A stretch of 46,841 bases of DNA from Bacteroidales bacterium (GCA_017882345.1 JADGPT010000001.1:1-46841); one strand, 5' to 3'. Shown: positions 36,902 to 45,953, counted from the stretch's first letter. A program made the numbers and translations. Notes: generated by a model from the letters alone, not told the origin.

Positions 36902-38032
36902 TCAGGCATTTATCATCATTGGCATAAGAAGCATAAGAAGATCTTCTGATTCATTATCCGAAATTACCGGGAGAAAGAGTCCGGCACGGGTGGGATCGGC
37001 AAGTTCGATCATAACATCCTGTGAACCAATGTTAGAAAGTATCTCAATAAGGAATACTGATTTGAAACCGATCTCAATCTCCTCTCCCTCATACTGGCAC
37101 TTTATCCTTTCATGCGCAGAGATTGAGAAATCGATATCCTGGGCAGAAACCAATGCCTGATTCCCTTTAAGCTGAAGTTTCACAAGATTACTTGCCTGAT
37201 TTGAAAAAACTGATACTCTCTTAAGTGTGTTAAAGAATTCTACTCTGTCAATTGTGATCTTGCGTGGATTATTTTTTGGAATAACAGAATTGTAATTCGG
37301 ATAATTGCCTTCGACCAAACGACAAACGACCTTATAATTGCTCAAGACAAAGAATGCATTCTTATCATCAAATTCGACAGTTACAGGACCTTCCTCTTTT
37401 GGCAGTATATTTTTCAGCAGAGAAGCCGGTTTCTTGGGCAGTATAAATGATGCATTATCATCTGCATGAGCGTCAGTTCTCTGGTATCTGACCAGCTTAT
37501 GAGCATCAGATGCAACAAATGTAATTTTGTCGGTCGATGCTTCTACAAAGATACCTCCCATCACCGGACGAAGTTCATCATCAGCAGTAGCAAAGAGAGT
37601 CTTGCTTATTCCTGCAAGCAACACATCAGCATTAATTACAAAAGCAATTTTTTTATCTTTTTTTATTGAAGGTAAAGCCGGGAAGTCTATCCCGTTCTGC
37701 CCGACAACATTGAATTTACCATTTTCAGAACTGATAACCACTGCCATGGTATCCATGTTGATATCAAAAGTGAGAGGTTGAACAGAAAACTCTTTTAAGG
37801 TGTCGAGTAATATTCTGGCGGGAAGAGCAATAGCGCCATCTCCATCTGTATTTTCAAGTTTCATTCTTGTTATCAACGTCGATTCAAGGTCAGATGCGGT
37901 TATTTCAAGATCGTGCCCTGAAAGATTAAAAAGAAAATTATCAAGTATGGGAAGAGTATTCTTTGAACTGATAACCCTGCTTATTGCCTGCAGATGACTA
38001 AGAAGTTCCGAGCTGGATACTACAAATTTCAT
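36902..38032 (-). CDS. dnaN: DNA polymerase III subunit beta (sliding clamp)
   Basis: 376-aa ORF with MKFVVSSSELLSHLQAISRVISSKNTLPILDNFLF and ...LLMPMMINA, characteristic of beta-clamp termini. Confidence 0.9.
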   Translation of the reverse strand: MKFVVSSSELLSHLQAISRVISSKNTLPILDNFLFNLSGHDLEITASDLESTLITRMKLENTDGDGAIALPARILLDTLKEFSVQPLTFDINMDTMAVVISSENGKFNVVGQNGIDFPALPSIKKDKKIAFVINADVLLAGISKTLFATADDELRPVMGGIFVEASTDKITFVASDAHKLVRYQRTDAHADDNASFILPKKPASLLKNILPKEEGPVTVEFDDKNAFFVLSNYKVVCRLVEGNYPNYNSVIPKNNPRKITIDRVEFFNTLKRVSVFSNQASNLVKLQLKGNQALVSAQDIDFSISAHERIKCQYEGEEIEIGFKSVFLIEILSNIGSQDVMIELADPTRAGLFLPVISDNESEDLLMLLMPMMINA

Positions 38033-38168
38033 ATTGGTATTGTTTTAAGTTGATATATTGATTTCCAAGTTTTTCTATTCAAGTCAAAATGAATGAATTG
38101 AACTATCTATTTTGCTCAATTCTTAATTACCAATATTACGAAAAAAAACTATTACCTCAAATAAAAAA

Positions 38169-39146
38169 TTATTGAGGAAAGAAATATGAAATCTTCTTTA
38201 TCAGAGGATCGATATCGAAATACCTCATAATGAAAAATTCATCCTTTTCTTCTGTTTTACCCAATAACCTGTCACTGTCAATTCCTTTAGCGCCGCTTTT
38301 CACTGTCATCATTCCCCATAGTGTCAATACTCTCTTCCGGCCCGTGGTAGTGTTGATGGTGATCCTGTAAAGGGGTTGCTGAGCTTCAATTGATTTCTTT
38401 TCAGCTTCTCCTATTTCGAGAGCCCATGATTCAAATGGAACCCATGCAAAATATGAAATATAACGAACCACAAGCGAAGAATCCCATCCGGTAAGATTAC
38501 CAGCAGCACCGGAGAGTAAATAATGATTATCTCTGTTTAGAATTGTGAAAGAAGATTTAGTGTCAGACAAGTTCTCAAGGCTCACGGAGGCAATTTCTGA
38601 AGGTAATAGATTGAAAACCGTATATGGCTGCCAGAATAATTCGTTAAGCATAAACCCGGAACCAATATCACCTTCGTAACCAGGAACATAAACAATAAAA
38701 GGTTTCGATGACTCTTTTATTTTCATGATGTTTCCGTAAATGTTTGATCGGGTTTTATATACAAGAAAAGTCTTCAGAAGACGGCTCTTTTCATATACTT
38801 TCACTTTTATAGGACCAACATTTTTCCCGGTTATTTCACCTGCAAATAATTCTGTAGATACTGAGGATTTAATTTTTATCTCTTTCAAAATCCTGAGAAT
38901 AAACAGGACGCCGCTTTTTCTGGCTTCAGACTTTCCGTTTATCAACCAACTCTCTCCTTTTTTCACCAGGAACAATTTCCTCCCCTCACCTGTAAATTCG
39001 ATTCTGGTAATCTCCTCTTTAGGTTCAGAAGCAAAAGAGCTGTTGGTTTTACCGAAGGGTGATCTGGTTATTAATAAAATCATGAGAACCAGCCCGATAA
39101 CAATGAATAAGAATAAGCTCCTGATCAATATTTTATTCATTATCAA
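38169..39146 (-). CDS. DUF4340-like membrane-anchored protein
   Basis: 325-aa ORF with an N-terminal TM anchor. Overlaps the gldG stop (ATGA). Family assignment rests on the conserved position after GldG-type genes and on recollection. Confidence 0.5.
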   Translation of the reverse strand: MIMNKILIRSLFLFIVIGLVLMILLITRSPFGKTNSSFASEPKEEITRIEFTGEGRKLFLVKKGESWLINGKSEARKSGVLFILRILKEIKIKSSVSTELFAGEITGKNVGPIKVKVYEKSRLLKTFLVYKTRSNIYGNIMKIKESSKPFIVYVPGYEGDIGSGFMLNELFWQPYTVFNLLPSEIASVSLENLSDTKSSFTILNRDNHYLLSGAAGNLTGWDSSLVVRYISYFAWVPFESWALEIGEAEKKSIEAQQPLYRITINTTTGRKRVLTLWGMMTVKSGAKGIDSDRLLGKTEEKDEFFIMRYFDIDPLIKKISYFFPQ

Positions 39147-40855
39147 TATCTTGTGTAATTTCTTCTTCTGAAATAGTTATAAAGTAATCCTGCAAGGATA
39201 ACTATTAATATAGGACCGGAGATATTGATGATCTGCCACTTAGTTTTTTCAGTTTTTATCATTTTAGTGTTAAGCAATCTAAGTTTAAGTTCTCTGGATC
39301 TCAACTCCATAATCCCGTTCTTGTCGACAAGCCAGTTTAGGCAATTGATCAGAAAATCCCTGTTTCCGTATACCTGTCCTGTATATTTATCCTGTCCTAA
39401 AGGAAGGGGTGTTTCATTCAATCCAACCCTCTTTACCGCATTCCTGATAATATCGGCATCAGCAATCACGATCATCCTGGTTTCTTTACTTTCAGTCTTG
39501 ATTTTGAAATTTTTATTATCAGTAAGATTTGTGACCATCCTGTTTTTAAATGCAGATGGGAATATGCCATCAAGTAAAACCGCTACAGGCAAGTTTGGTT
39601 TATTATAATCTTTCTCAACAGGAGTTAACTCTGCTTCTTTAAGGCTTATAATTACAGGAGGTGATATTGTACGGCTGAAAGCTGAGGTGGACAGAAGTGT
39701 TATTTTTCTTATTGCAGGATCAAGACCAACTGTATCGATAAAATTCACAAATTCTCCTTTCACTCTGTTCAGATTTCGTGTAATGGGATGATTTGCAGTT
39801 GGTTTAAGCAAAGGATAATAGACCCATGGGGCAGGAACAACCTGTTGACGGTAACCACTGCTCATTACCATAAGCCTTATTTTAACACATTCAAGATCCT
39901 GAACAATTGCCGGATTAATTCTTACTCCATACCTGAATAACTGATCCTCAATGTTTAGCGGACGATAGATTCCTACGGTCTCTCCAGATGTAAGACTATC
40001 GGAATTTACCGCGACCTCATCAATGAGCCACAAAACCTTACCACCATTCATTATATATTGATCAAGAACCAGTTTATCGGACTCGCTGAAGGCTTTTTCA
40101 GGTCCTGCAATTACAACTGCTGCATATTTATCCAGGATTCCGGGTTTACCTCCGATACTTCCTCTGTCAATAGTAAAAAACCTGGCGAGATTCATTGTTA
40201 TATCTGCTGTTTCAATCTCAGGAATTTCGCCGTGTCCTTCTATGAAAGCAACTTTATTTATCGAGTCTGAACTTAAGGAAGCTATGGTCTGAATCATTTC
40301 ATATTCAAGACCTTCAACTGAACGAAGAATGTTTTGTTCATAAGAAGGTGTGGAATTGTTCAGAAAATTAACAGGTACTTCAATCCCGTTATAATTAACT
40401 ATCATTCCAGGGAAAATTATCTTCTGTGTAGATCCTCCCTCTACGTCGCCGGCCTGAAGATTGACCGGGCTTAAACCCTTATTTACAAGAGTCTGATACA
40501 GAGTCTCTCTCTGCTTTACATCCTTGCCACCAGAAGGATTTATAAACTCAAAGTCAATTTTCCTCCCTGAAGCTATTCTGAATTCGTCGAGCATTTCTCC
40601 GACAGATCTTTTTAATCGTTTTAAGGGAATAGGTATCTCTCCGTCAAGGTAAACCTGAATATAGATGTCATTTTTTAAATGTTTTAGCACTTGAAGAGTT
40701 GGACCAGAAAGTGTGAATCTTTTGTCTTCGGTAAGGTCATATCTTAATCTTAAAAATGAACTCGCGGATGTAACAAGTATGATCCCAGCAACCAGAGTCA
40801 GGAATTGCAACCAGTATTTAAGTTTTATGCTTTTATTACCTGTTGTTTCTATCAT
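39143..40855 (-). CDS. gldG: GldG-type auxiliary component of a gliding-motility-associated ABC transporter
   Basis: 570-aa ORF with an N-terminal TM, then YDLTEDKRFTLSGPT. It has a large periplasmic body and a C-terminal TM (ISGPILIVILAGLLY). Lies immediately downstream of gldF. Confidence 0.75.
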   Translation of the reverse strand: MIETTGNKSIKLKYWLQFLTLVAGIILVTSASSFLRLRYDLTEDKRFTLSGPTLQVLKHLKNDIYIQVYLDGEIPIPLKRLKRSVGEMLDEFRIASGRKIDFEFINPSGGKDVKQRETLYQTLVNKGLSPVNLQAGDVEGGSTQKIIFPGMIVNYNGIEVPVNFLNNSTPSYEQNILRSVEGLEYEMIQTIASLSSDSINKVAFIEGHGEIPEIETADITMNLARFFTIDRGSIGGKPGILDKYAAVVIAGPEKAFSESDKLVLDQYIMNGGKVLWLIDEVAVNSDSLTSGETVGIYRPLNIEDQLFRYGVRINPAIVQDLECVKIRLMVMSSGYRQQVVPAPWVYYPLLKPTANHPITRNLNRVKGEFVNFIDTVGLDPAIRKITLLSTSAFSRTISPPVIISLKEAELTPVEKDYNKPNLPVAVLLDGIFPSAFKNRMVTNLTDNKNFKIKTESKETRMIVIADADIIRNAVKRVGLNETPLPLGQDKYTGQVYGNRDFLINCLNWLVDKNGIMELRSRELKLRLLNTKMIKTEKTKWQIINISGPILIVILAGLLYNYFRRRNYTRY

Positions 40856-40858
40856 GGC

Positions 40859-41602
40859 TTAACTTCTTTTCTTCCATTTACGCGAAATCAGATGAAATCG
40901 GGTAGCTTCATTAAAGAAAGCAGCTACCGCCATAAAATAAACAACATCTTTAATATCAATAACACCTCTGCTCATAGATTTATAATGCTCATTAATCCCA
41001 AGCCTTAAAACAAATTCATCAAGTTTTTTCAATCCGGGCAGATAGGCAACTGAATCAAAACCCATGAAGAGAACAAAACAAATCAATACAGCAAGGATAA
41101 ATGCAATTGGCTGATTATCTGTAAGAGATGAAGCAAAAATCCCGGCAGAAGCATATACTGATGCCAGGAAGAAGAGGCCGATAAATGAGCCCAGAGTACC
41201 CCCCTTGTCAAGATTACCTGGAGATTCACCAAGCTGGTAAACCGAAAAATAATATATTACTCCTGGCAAAAGTGCCAGCAAAACCAGGCATACTGAAGCG
41301 AAGTATTTTCCATAAATAATTTCTCTTTCTGTGATTGGTCTCGAATAAATCAACTCTATTGTACCGAGGCGTTTTTCTTCAGCAATCATTCTCATTGTCA
41401 CAGCTGGTACAAGAAACATGAATACCCATGGAGAAAGGAAAAACATAGTGTCAAGTCCGGCATATCCATTATCGAGAATATTCCATTCTCCGGGAAATAC
41501 CCACATAAAAAGACTGTTAATGAGAAGGAAAACAATGATTACAATATAACCTGCAAGACTGCTGAAAAAACCACTTATCTCCTTCCTGAAAATTGCAAAC
41601 AT
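40859..41602 (-). CDS. gldF: gliding-motility-associated ABC transporter permease GldF
   Basis: 247-aa ORF. MFAIFRKEISGFFSSLAGYIVIIVFLLINSLFMWVF...LGTIELIYSRPIT closely matches my recollection of Flavobacterium johnsoniae GldF. Confidence 0.8.
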   Translation of the reverse strand: MFAIFRKEISGFFSSLAGYIVIIVFLLINSLFMWVFPGEWNILDNGYAGLDTMFFLSPWVFMFLVPAVTMRMIAEEKRLGTIELIYSRPITEREIIYGKYFASVCLVLLALLPGVIYYFSVYQLGESPGNLDKGGTLGSFIGLFFLASVYASAGIFASSLTDNQPIAFILAVLICFVLFMGFDSVAYLPGLKKLDEFVLRLGINEHYKSMSRGVIDIKDVVYFMAVAAFFNEATRFHLISRKWKKRS

Positions 41603-41678
41603 CTGTTTTATTTTGAAATAAATTTATAAAACTAATCAAATATCTAAGTTTTAATATTTCTTTTTACAACTCTTTTCT

Positions 41679-41715
41679 TACCCCCCTTGCCCCCCAAATG
41701 GGGTGTTGGGGGGTA
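41679..41715. other. isolated GC-rich hairpin TACCCCCC-TTG-CCCCCC-AAAT-GGGG-TGTT-GGGGGGTA
   Basis: Outer stem TACCCCCC/GGGGGGTA (8 bp) and inner stem CCCC/GGGG. It is the only C6/G6 tract pair I saw in the window. Sits 3 nt downstream (minus sense) of the SpoIID-like stop, with no U-tract on either strand. Confidence 0.5.
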
Positions 41716-41718
41716 GAA

Positions 41719-42864
41719 TTAATGTAAATTTACAGCATTTTTTATATCCGAAATTAAAACGCCAAAATAATAAAAATCAATGATCTGTTTATAATTGAAC
41801 CCCTTTGTTGCCATCTCCATAGCCCCCTCCTGACAAAGACCTACACCATGTCCGTAACCTCTACCTTTAAATACTAGGGAATCGCCTTTTGCATAAACAG
41901 AAAAAAATGTTGACCTGAGGTTCAGATCGTATCTTACGGTCCTTAATGGAATTGTAAACGACCCTGTTTTATAATCAGGCAGTCTTGATACCTGAAAAAA
42001 GTTGAATACCGATGGATCCCTGACGTTTTCATTATATCCCGATTTCCTGAGATAGCTTACCCATTCCGTTACCGGAAGACTCTTTTGCCATGTTGCATTT
42101 CTTGATGAAAGACAATAAGGATCATCTACACTCTTAAGGTATGGTTGAGGTGAAAGCCAAACATCTTCAGAAGATGCAGTTTCTCCCCCGCAATTTGAGT
42201 GGAAAGCTGATATAATCAGAACACTATCCTTATCAAGAATTACCTGTCCCCCGGTCTCCATGACTGCTATGTTAAGAAGAGTATCTGACGATAACCCATT
42301 AAACGCCTGACAATGTGTATTATCACATACATTATACCTGTCAGCTAAATGTTTATCGAAATATTTGTACATGTAAGTCCTGGCTATAATTGCCTGCGTT
42401 TTGAAATATTCTAAATTTTTACCAGATCCACCTTCCGCCATTACCACACCTGAGATATATTTTTCTACATCAGAGATATTTATAAATACCAATGTTCCGA
42501 GATCAGGAAAACACTGAAGATCACCTGAATAGTACTGTCTGGTATGTGATACGCCATTCATCATGATAGAAAAAGAATCCATTCCAGTTTTTCCCGAAAA
42601 GATCAGAGAATCGCAAATAAAACCATTTTCATTTCTCTTTTTAACAGCAAGTTTCCCATTAAACCTTGCAATGATGACTGGCTCATCTCTTAATACTGTA
42701 AGAATTTCACCATTGAAGAGATTTATTTCGTACTTGCCTTCAGTGACTGAAAATACCGCAGATTCCGGAGATTGATTTGAAAAGAGCCGGATTTTCACCT
42801 GCGCTGAAACACCTGTGCAAAAGACAGTTAATAATAAAACAATTAATATTTTCAATCTCGACAT
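41719..42864 (-). CDS. SpoIID/LytB domain-containing protein
   Basis: Start moved to ATG 42864 (MSRLKILIVLLLTVFCTGVSAQ signal). Motifs QAIIARTYMYKY, CDNTHCQAFNG and FHSNCGGETAS. Confidence 0.8.
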   Translation of the reverse strand: MSRLKILIVLLLTVFCTGVSAQVKIRLFSNQSPESAVFSVTEGKYEINLFNGEILTVLRDEPVIIARFNGKLAVKKRNENGFICDSLIFSGKTGMDSFSIMMNGVSHTRQYYSGDLQCFPDLGTLVFINISDVEKYISGVVMAEGGSGKNLEYFKTQAIIARTYMYKYFDKHLADRYNVCDNTHCQAFNGLSSDTLLNIAVMETGGQVILDKDSVLIISAFHSNCGGETASSEDVWLSPQPYLKSVDDPYCLSSRNATWQKSLPVTEWVSYLRKSGYNENVRDPSVFNFFQVSRLPDYKTGSFTIPLRTVRYDLNLRSTFFSVYAKGDSLVFKGRGYGHGVGLCQEGAMEMATKGFNYKQIIDFYYFGVLISDIKNAVNLH

Positions 42865-42915
42865 AAATCGTATTCTGAATCCCAATTTCACAATTCTCCC
42901 GGTATTTGTTCCCAA

Positions 42916-44037
42916 TCATCTTTTCAATTCCGCCACCATCTCTCTCGCAATCCTTCCCGAGGCGCCTGCAGATCCGAGTTTGCTTTTTAGTATCTCATAA
43001 TCAGATAACAACTTCTCCCGTTTTGCTCCACCCGGAAGAATGGCCCTAAGCTCAGTCAGAAGTGCGTTTTCAGTAAGATCATACTGGACTAACTCCTTTA
43101 CGACTTCAGACTCCATAATGAGATTCACCAGTGATATATATTTCACTTTGATAACCATCCATGCGATCAACATCGAAAAGAAATCACCCTTATAACATAC
43201 TACCTGAGGAGTACCATGAAGAGCAGCCTCAAGGGTAGCGGTTCCTGAAGTTACAAGAGCGGCTTCAGCAGTATACAGAATTTCGTAAGTTTTTTCTTTG
43301 ATCAGTTTAACCGGGGCATTGCCAATGATCTTAAAATAGAGTTCATCCGGAATGTTTTTTACTCCGGCAAGAACAAACTGGTACCCGGGGAAATATGGTA
43401 TCGTTTTCATCATTTCAGGTAGTACAAGCTCAATTTCATGCCTGCGGCTTCCTGCCAGTAAAGCAATTACAGGTTTCTCCTCAATCCCTAGGCTTATATT
43501 CATATTGCTTTTAGCAGGAAAAAGAGAGATTCGTTTTTCAGTCTCATCAATAAGTGGATTCCCCTGATATTCAACAGTGACACCATGTTTTTTATAAAAA
43601 TCTACTTCGAATGGGAAGATGATGAACATACGGTCAATATACTTTTTAATCTTTTCGACCCTGCCCTCATTCCAGGCCCATAGTTTAGGCGAGATGTAAT
43701 AGAAAGTTTTGTATCCACGTTTTTTTGCAAACTCCGCGATCCGGAGATTGAAACCGGGATAATCAATGAAGATTACAACATCTGGTTTATATTCAGTTAT
43801 CTGCTTCTTACAAAGGCTGATGTTTTTATAAATTGAACTAAGATTTTTTATAACAGCAACAAAGCCCATAAAAGCCAATTTTCTGTAGTGAACTAGAAGA
43901 GTAGCTCCCGCAGATTCCATCAGATCACCACCCCAGCATAAGATCTCTGCACTTTTATCAGCTAAAAGTAACTCGCTGATCAGATTTGATCCGTGAAGGT
44001 CACCAGACTGTTCACCCGCAATTATAAAGTACCTCAT
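42916..44037 (-). CDS. lpxB: lipid-A-disaccharide synthase
   Basis: 373-aa ORF with the N-terminus MRYFIIAGEQSGDLHGSNLI and ...VTSGTATLEAAL..., both characteristic of LpxB. Confidence 0.9.
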   Translation of the reverse strand: MRYFIIAGEQSGDLHGSNLISELLLADKSAEILCWGGDLMESAGATLLVHYRKLAFMGFVAVIKNLSSIYKNISLCKKQITEYKPDVVIFIDYPGFNLRIAEFAKKRGYKTFYYISPKLWAWNEGRVEKIKKYIDRMFIIFPFEVDFYKKHGVTVEYQGNPLIDETEKRISLFPAKSNMNISLGIEEKPVIALLAGSRRHEIELVLPEMMKTIPYFPGYQFVLAGVKNIPDELYFKIIGNAPVKLIKEKTYEILYTAEAALVTSGTATLEAALHGTPQVVCYKGDFFSMLIAWMVIKVKYISLVNLIMESEVVKELVQYDLTENALLTELRAILPGGAKREKLLSDYEILKSKLGSAGASGRIAREMVAELKR

Positions 44038-44333
44038 CCTAAAATCTTTACAGCAAAAACCAGCACGGCCCAGACGATAGTCATCGCGAGCACTCCACGC
44101 GTGGCATGTAGCATGTCGAACTGGTTAAATATCAGAAAAATAATAATATTCGGAAAGACACATAAAGTTATTGAATGTGTAATAATATTTGAATCCGCTA
44201 TTCTGATCAGATATAGATGAAGTGACTGGTGATCTGAAGAGAAGACATAGATGATTATTCCTACTATAAATGGAAATACAAGTCCTGATATAAAGCCAGT
44301 AAGAACGTTGTCGAATTTCTCGTAAAATTTCAT
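44034..44333 (-). CDS. small 3-TM membrane protein, unknown function
   Basis: 99-aa ORF with three hydrophobic helices. ATGA overlaps with surE (44330..44333) and lpxB (44034..44037) argue that it is translated. Confidence 0.5.
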   Translation of the reverse strand: MKFYEKFDNVLTGFISGLVFPFIVGIIIYVFSSDHQSLHLYLIRIADSNIITHSITLCVFPNIIIFLIFNQFDMLHATRGVLAMTIVWAVLVFAVKILG

Positions 44334-45112
44334 TTTTTAAACCGGACTTTAAGTTTATCAATATACCAATGGGCAGTCATATCGACAGAAACAGGCACTA
44401 CTGAAACAAAATTGTTAGCAATTGCCCATTCATCCGTATCGGTTGCTTCGGGTTCGTGATTCTGGAAAACACCTGTGAGCCAGTAATATGTTTTTCCCAT
44501 CGGATCTTTCCTTTTTTCAAACTCCTCTCTCCAGTTTCCTTTTGATTGCCGGCATATTTTTATTCCTTTTATTTCGCTCTTTTTTGCTGCCGGAATATTA
44601 ACGTTCAGACATATACCAGAAGGCAGCGGTTCTGAAGCAAGCTTTTTCATTACGATCCGGATATATTTTTTACATATTGAGAAATCGGCAGTTGGTGAAA
44701 AATTATTCAGAGAGAAACCAACAGAACTTATGCCATAAAGACACCCTTCAATTGCAGCTGCCATAGTCCCTGAATAGAGAACACTTACAGAGGCGTTGGA
44801 TCCATGGTTTATTCCTGAGACAACCCAGTCGGGAGTTCTTTCAACTAATTGATTAATAGCCAGTTTTACGCTGTCAGTCGGAGTCCCGTTGCATGCATAA
44901 ATCCTATGTTTTTCATTTTCCCCAAGCAGTTTGACCCGAAGTGGTGTTTTAACAGTCAATGCCTGTGACATTCCCGACATACTTTCGATAGTCGATATGA
45001 GAATAACTTTTCCAAACTCCTCCATCACTTCCAGGAGAGTCTTTAGTCCTCCGGCATACAAACCATCATCGTTAGTTAACAGGATCAGTTTATCGTCTTT
45101 TTCAATAATCAT
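44330..45112 (-). CDS. surE: 5'/3'-nucleotidase SurE
   Basis: 260-aa ORF with ILLTNDDG, SGINHGSN and YSGTMAAA motifs. Confidence 0.9.
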   Translation of the reverse strand: MIIEKDDKLILLTNDDGLYAGGLKTLLEVMEEFGKVILISTIESMSGMSQALTVKTPLRVKLLGENEKHRIYACNGTPTDSVKLAINQLVERTPDWVVSGINHGSNASVSVLYSGTMAAAIEGCLYGISSVGFSLNNFSPTADFSICKKYIRIVMKKLASEPLPSGICLNVNIPAAKKSEIKGIKICRQSKGNWREEFEKRKDPMGKTYYWLTGVFQNHEPEATDTDEWAIANNFVSVVPVSVDMTAHWYIDKLKVRFKK

Positions 45113-45178
45113 TAATTCTAAGTCTGAGTTACAAATCTAACTTTTTAATTGATGATGTGAAACCCCTTTTTTCTCTAA

Positions 45179-45361
45179 TTATGCACAAATTTTTCCATAT
45201 TCAACAGTTTCTTCATAACCATAATCAATAATCTCAATTGGAGCCAGGAATTTCTTCAATGCTTCTCTTTTTTTCTCAGAGTTTGAACTTTTCACGATAC
45301 CGTTGGGGCTGAAATTTTCTTGCTTAATATCAGAGTCATTCTGAAGTCCAGCCGTCGTGCA
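45179..45361 (-). pseudogene. remnant of a PIN-domain (VapC-like) toxin gene, truncated at both ends
   Basis: 61-codon stop-to-stop frame with no ATG: CTTAGLQNDSDIKQENFSPNGIVKSSNSEKKREALKKFLAPIEIIDYGYEETVEYGKICA*. The segment EALKKFLAPIEIIDYGYEETVEYGKI matches by eye the VapC/MvpA mid-region NLAVIEGFVSRIDVLDYDAAAATHTGQI. Confidence 0.4.
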
Positions 45362-45364
45362 TTA

Positions 45365-45718
45365 TTATTCCAGATCAAGTGTTATAATTATATTCTCTTT
45401 AACCTTGTCAATCAATTCAGATGGTAAATCCCCAACTTTTTTAATCAATCTTTTGTTGTCAATGGCACGAAGTTGGTCAATCATAATATCGCAGTTTTCC
45501 TGCAAATTGGCCATCCCTTTTTTAAGATGAACTCTCAATATATCTGCCTCCTTCTCAATATTTGTTGTAATCGGGCATATTATCGTCGAAGGATGTGGAA
45601 TCTTATTTAACAAATCTGTCTGTAACACCAAAACAGGCCTTGTTTTACCAGGCTCCATCCCTATTCGTGGATTCAAATCTGCGATCCAAATCTCAAATTG
45701 TTTAGTCGACATAATCAA
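45365..45718 (-). CDS. type II toxin-antitoxin system PemK/MazF-family toxin
   Basis: 117-aa ORF with FEIWIADLNPRIGMEPGKTRPVLVLQTDLLN and ICPIT motifs. Overlaps the upstream antitoxin gene by 17 nt. Confidence 0.85.
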   Translation of the reverse strand: MIMSTKQFEIWIADLNPRIGMEPGKTRPVLVLQTDLLNKIPHPSTIICPITTNIEKEADILRVHLKKGMANLQENCDIMIDQLRAIDNKRLIKKVGDLPSELIDKVKENIIITLDLE

Positions 45719-45932
45719 TCCTTTCGAAATCTTTAAGCACAGTTAACGAATCCTTTTTAACCAAAGCAGATTCACATTTAAGTCTTGTTTCCAGAATTAT
45801 CCGTCTTTGAAGTCGATTATAATATTCAAGCGCTTCGTTAATGTACCTGTTTCGTGACTTATTTATCCGCGAAAGTAACTTTTCAGTTTCGACGAAGATT
45901 GAATCATCAATTTTAAGCGATACCGTTTTCAT
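45702..45932 (-). CDS. ribbon-helix-helix (CopG-like) antitoxin
   Basis: Start moved to ATG 45932. MKTVSLKIDDSIFVETEKLLSRINKSRNRYINEALEYY has the beta-strand/helix/helix RHH pattern. Lies upstream of the MazF-like gene and overlaps it. Confidence 0.7.
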   Translation of the reverse strand: MKTVSLKIDDSIFVETEKLLSRINKSRNRYINEALEYYNRLQRRIILETRLKCESALVKKDSLTVLKDFERIDYVD

Positions 45933-45953
45933 AATATAATAAATATATACCAC

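Noticed and set aside
36675-37160. 161-aa ORF on the plus strand spanning the exonuclease/dnaN junction
   Set aside because: It is antisense to two well-supported genes and Ser/Ile/Arg-rich, so a shadow ORF.
38033-38168. Possible replication origin upstream of dnaN
   Set aside because: There is no dnaA gene and no TTATCCACA-like DnaA boxes in the spacer. dnaN is commonly unlinked from oriC in this phylum.
38740-39171. 143-aa ORF on the plus strand
   Set aside because: It is antisense to the DUF4340-like and gldG genes, so a shadow ORF.
41679-41715. G-quadruplex or i-motif interpretation of the C6/G6 tracts
   Set aside because: Each strand has only two long G tracts. A simple hairpin explains the sequence better.
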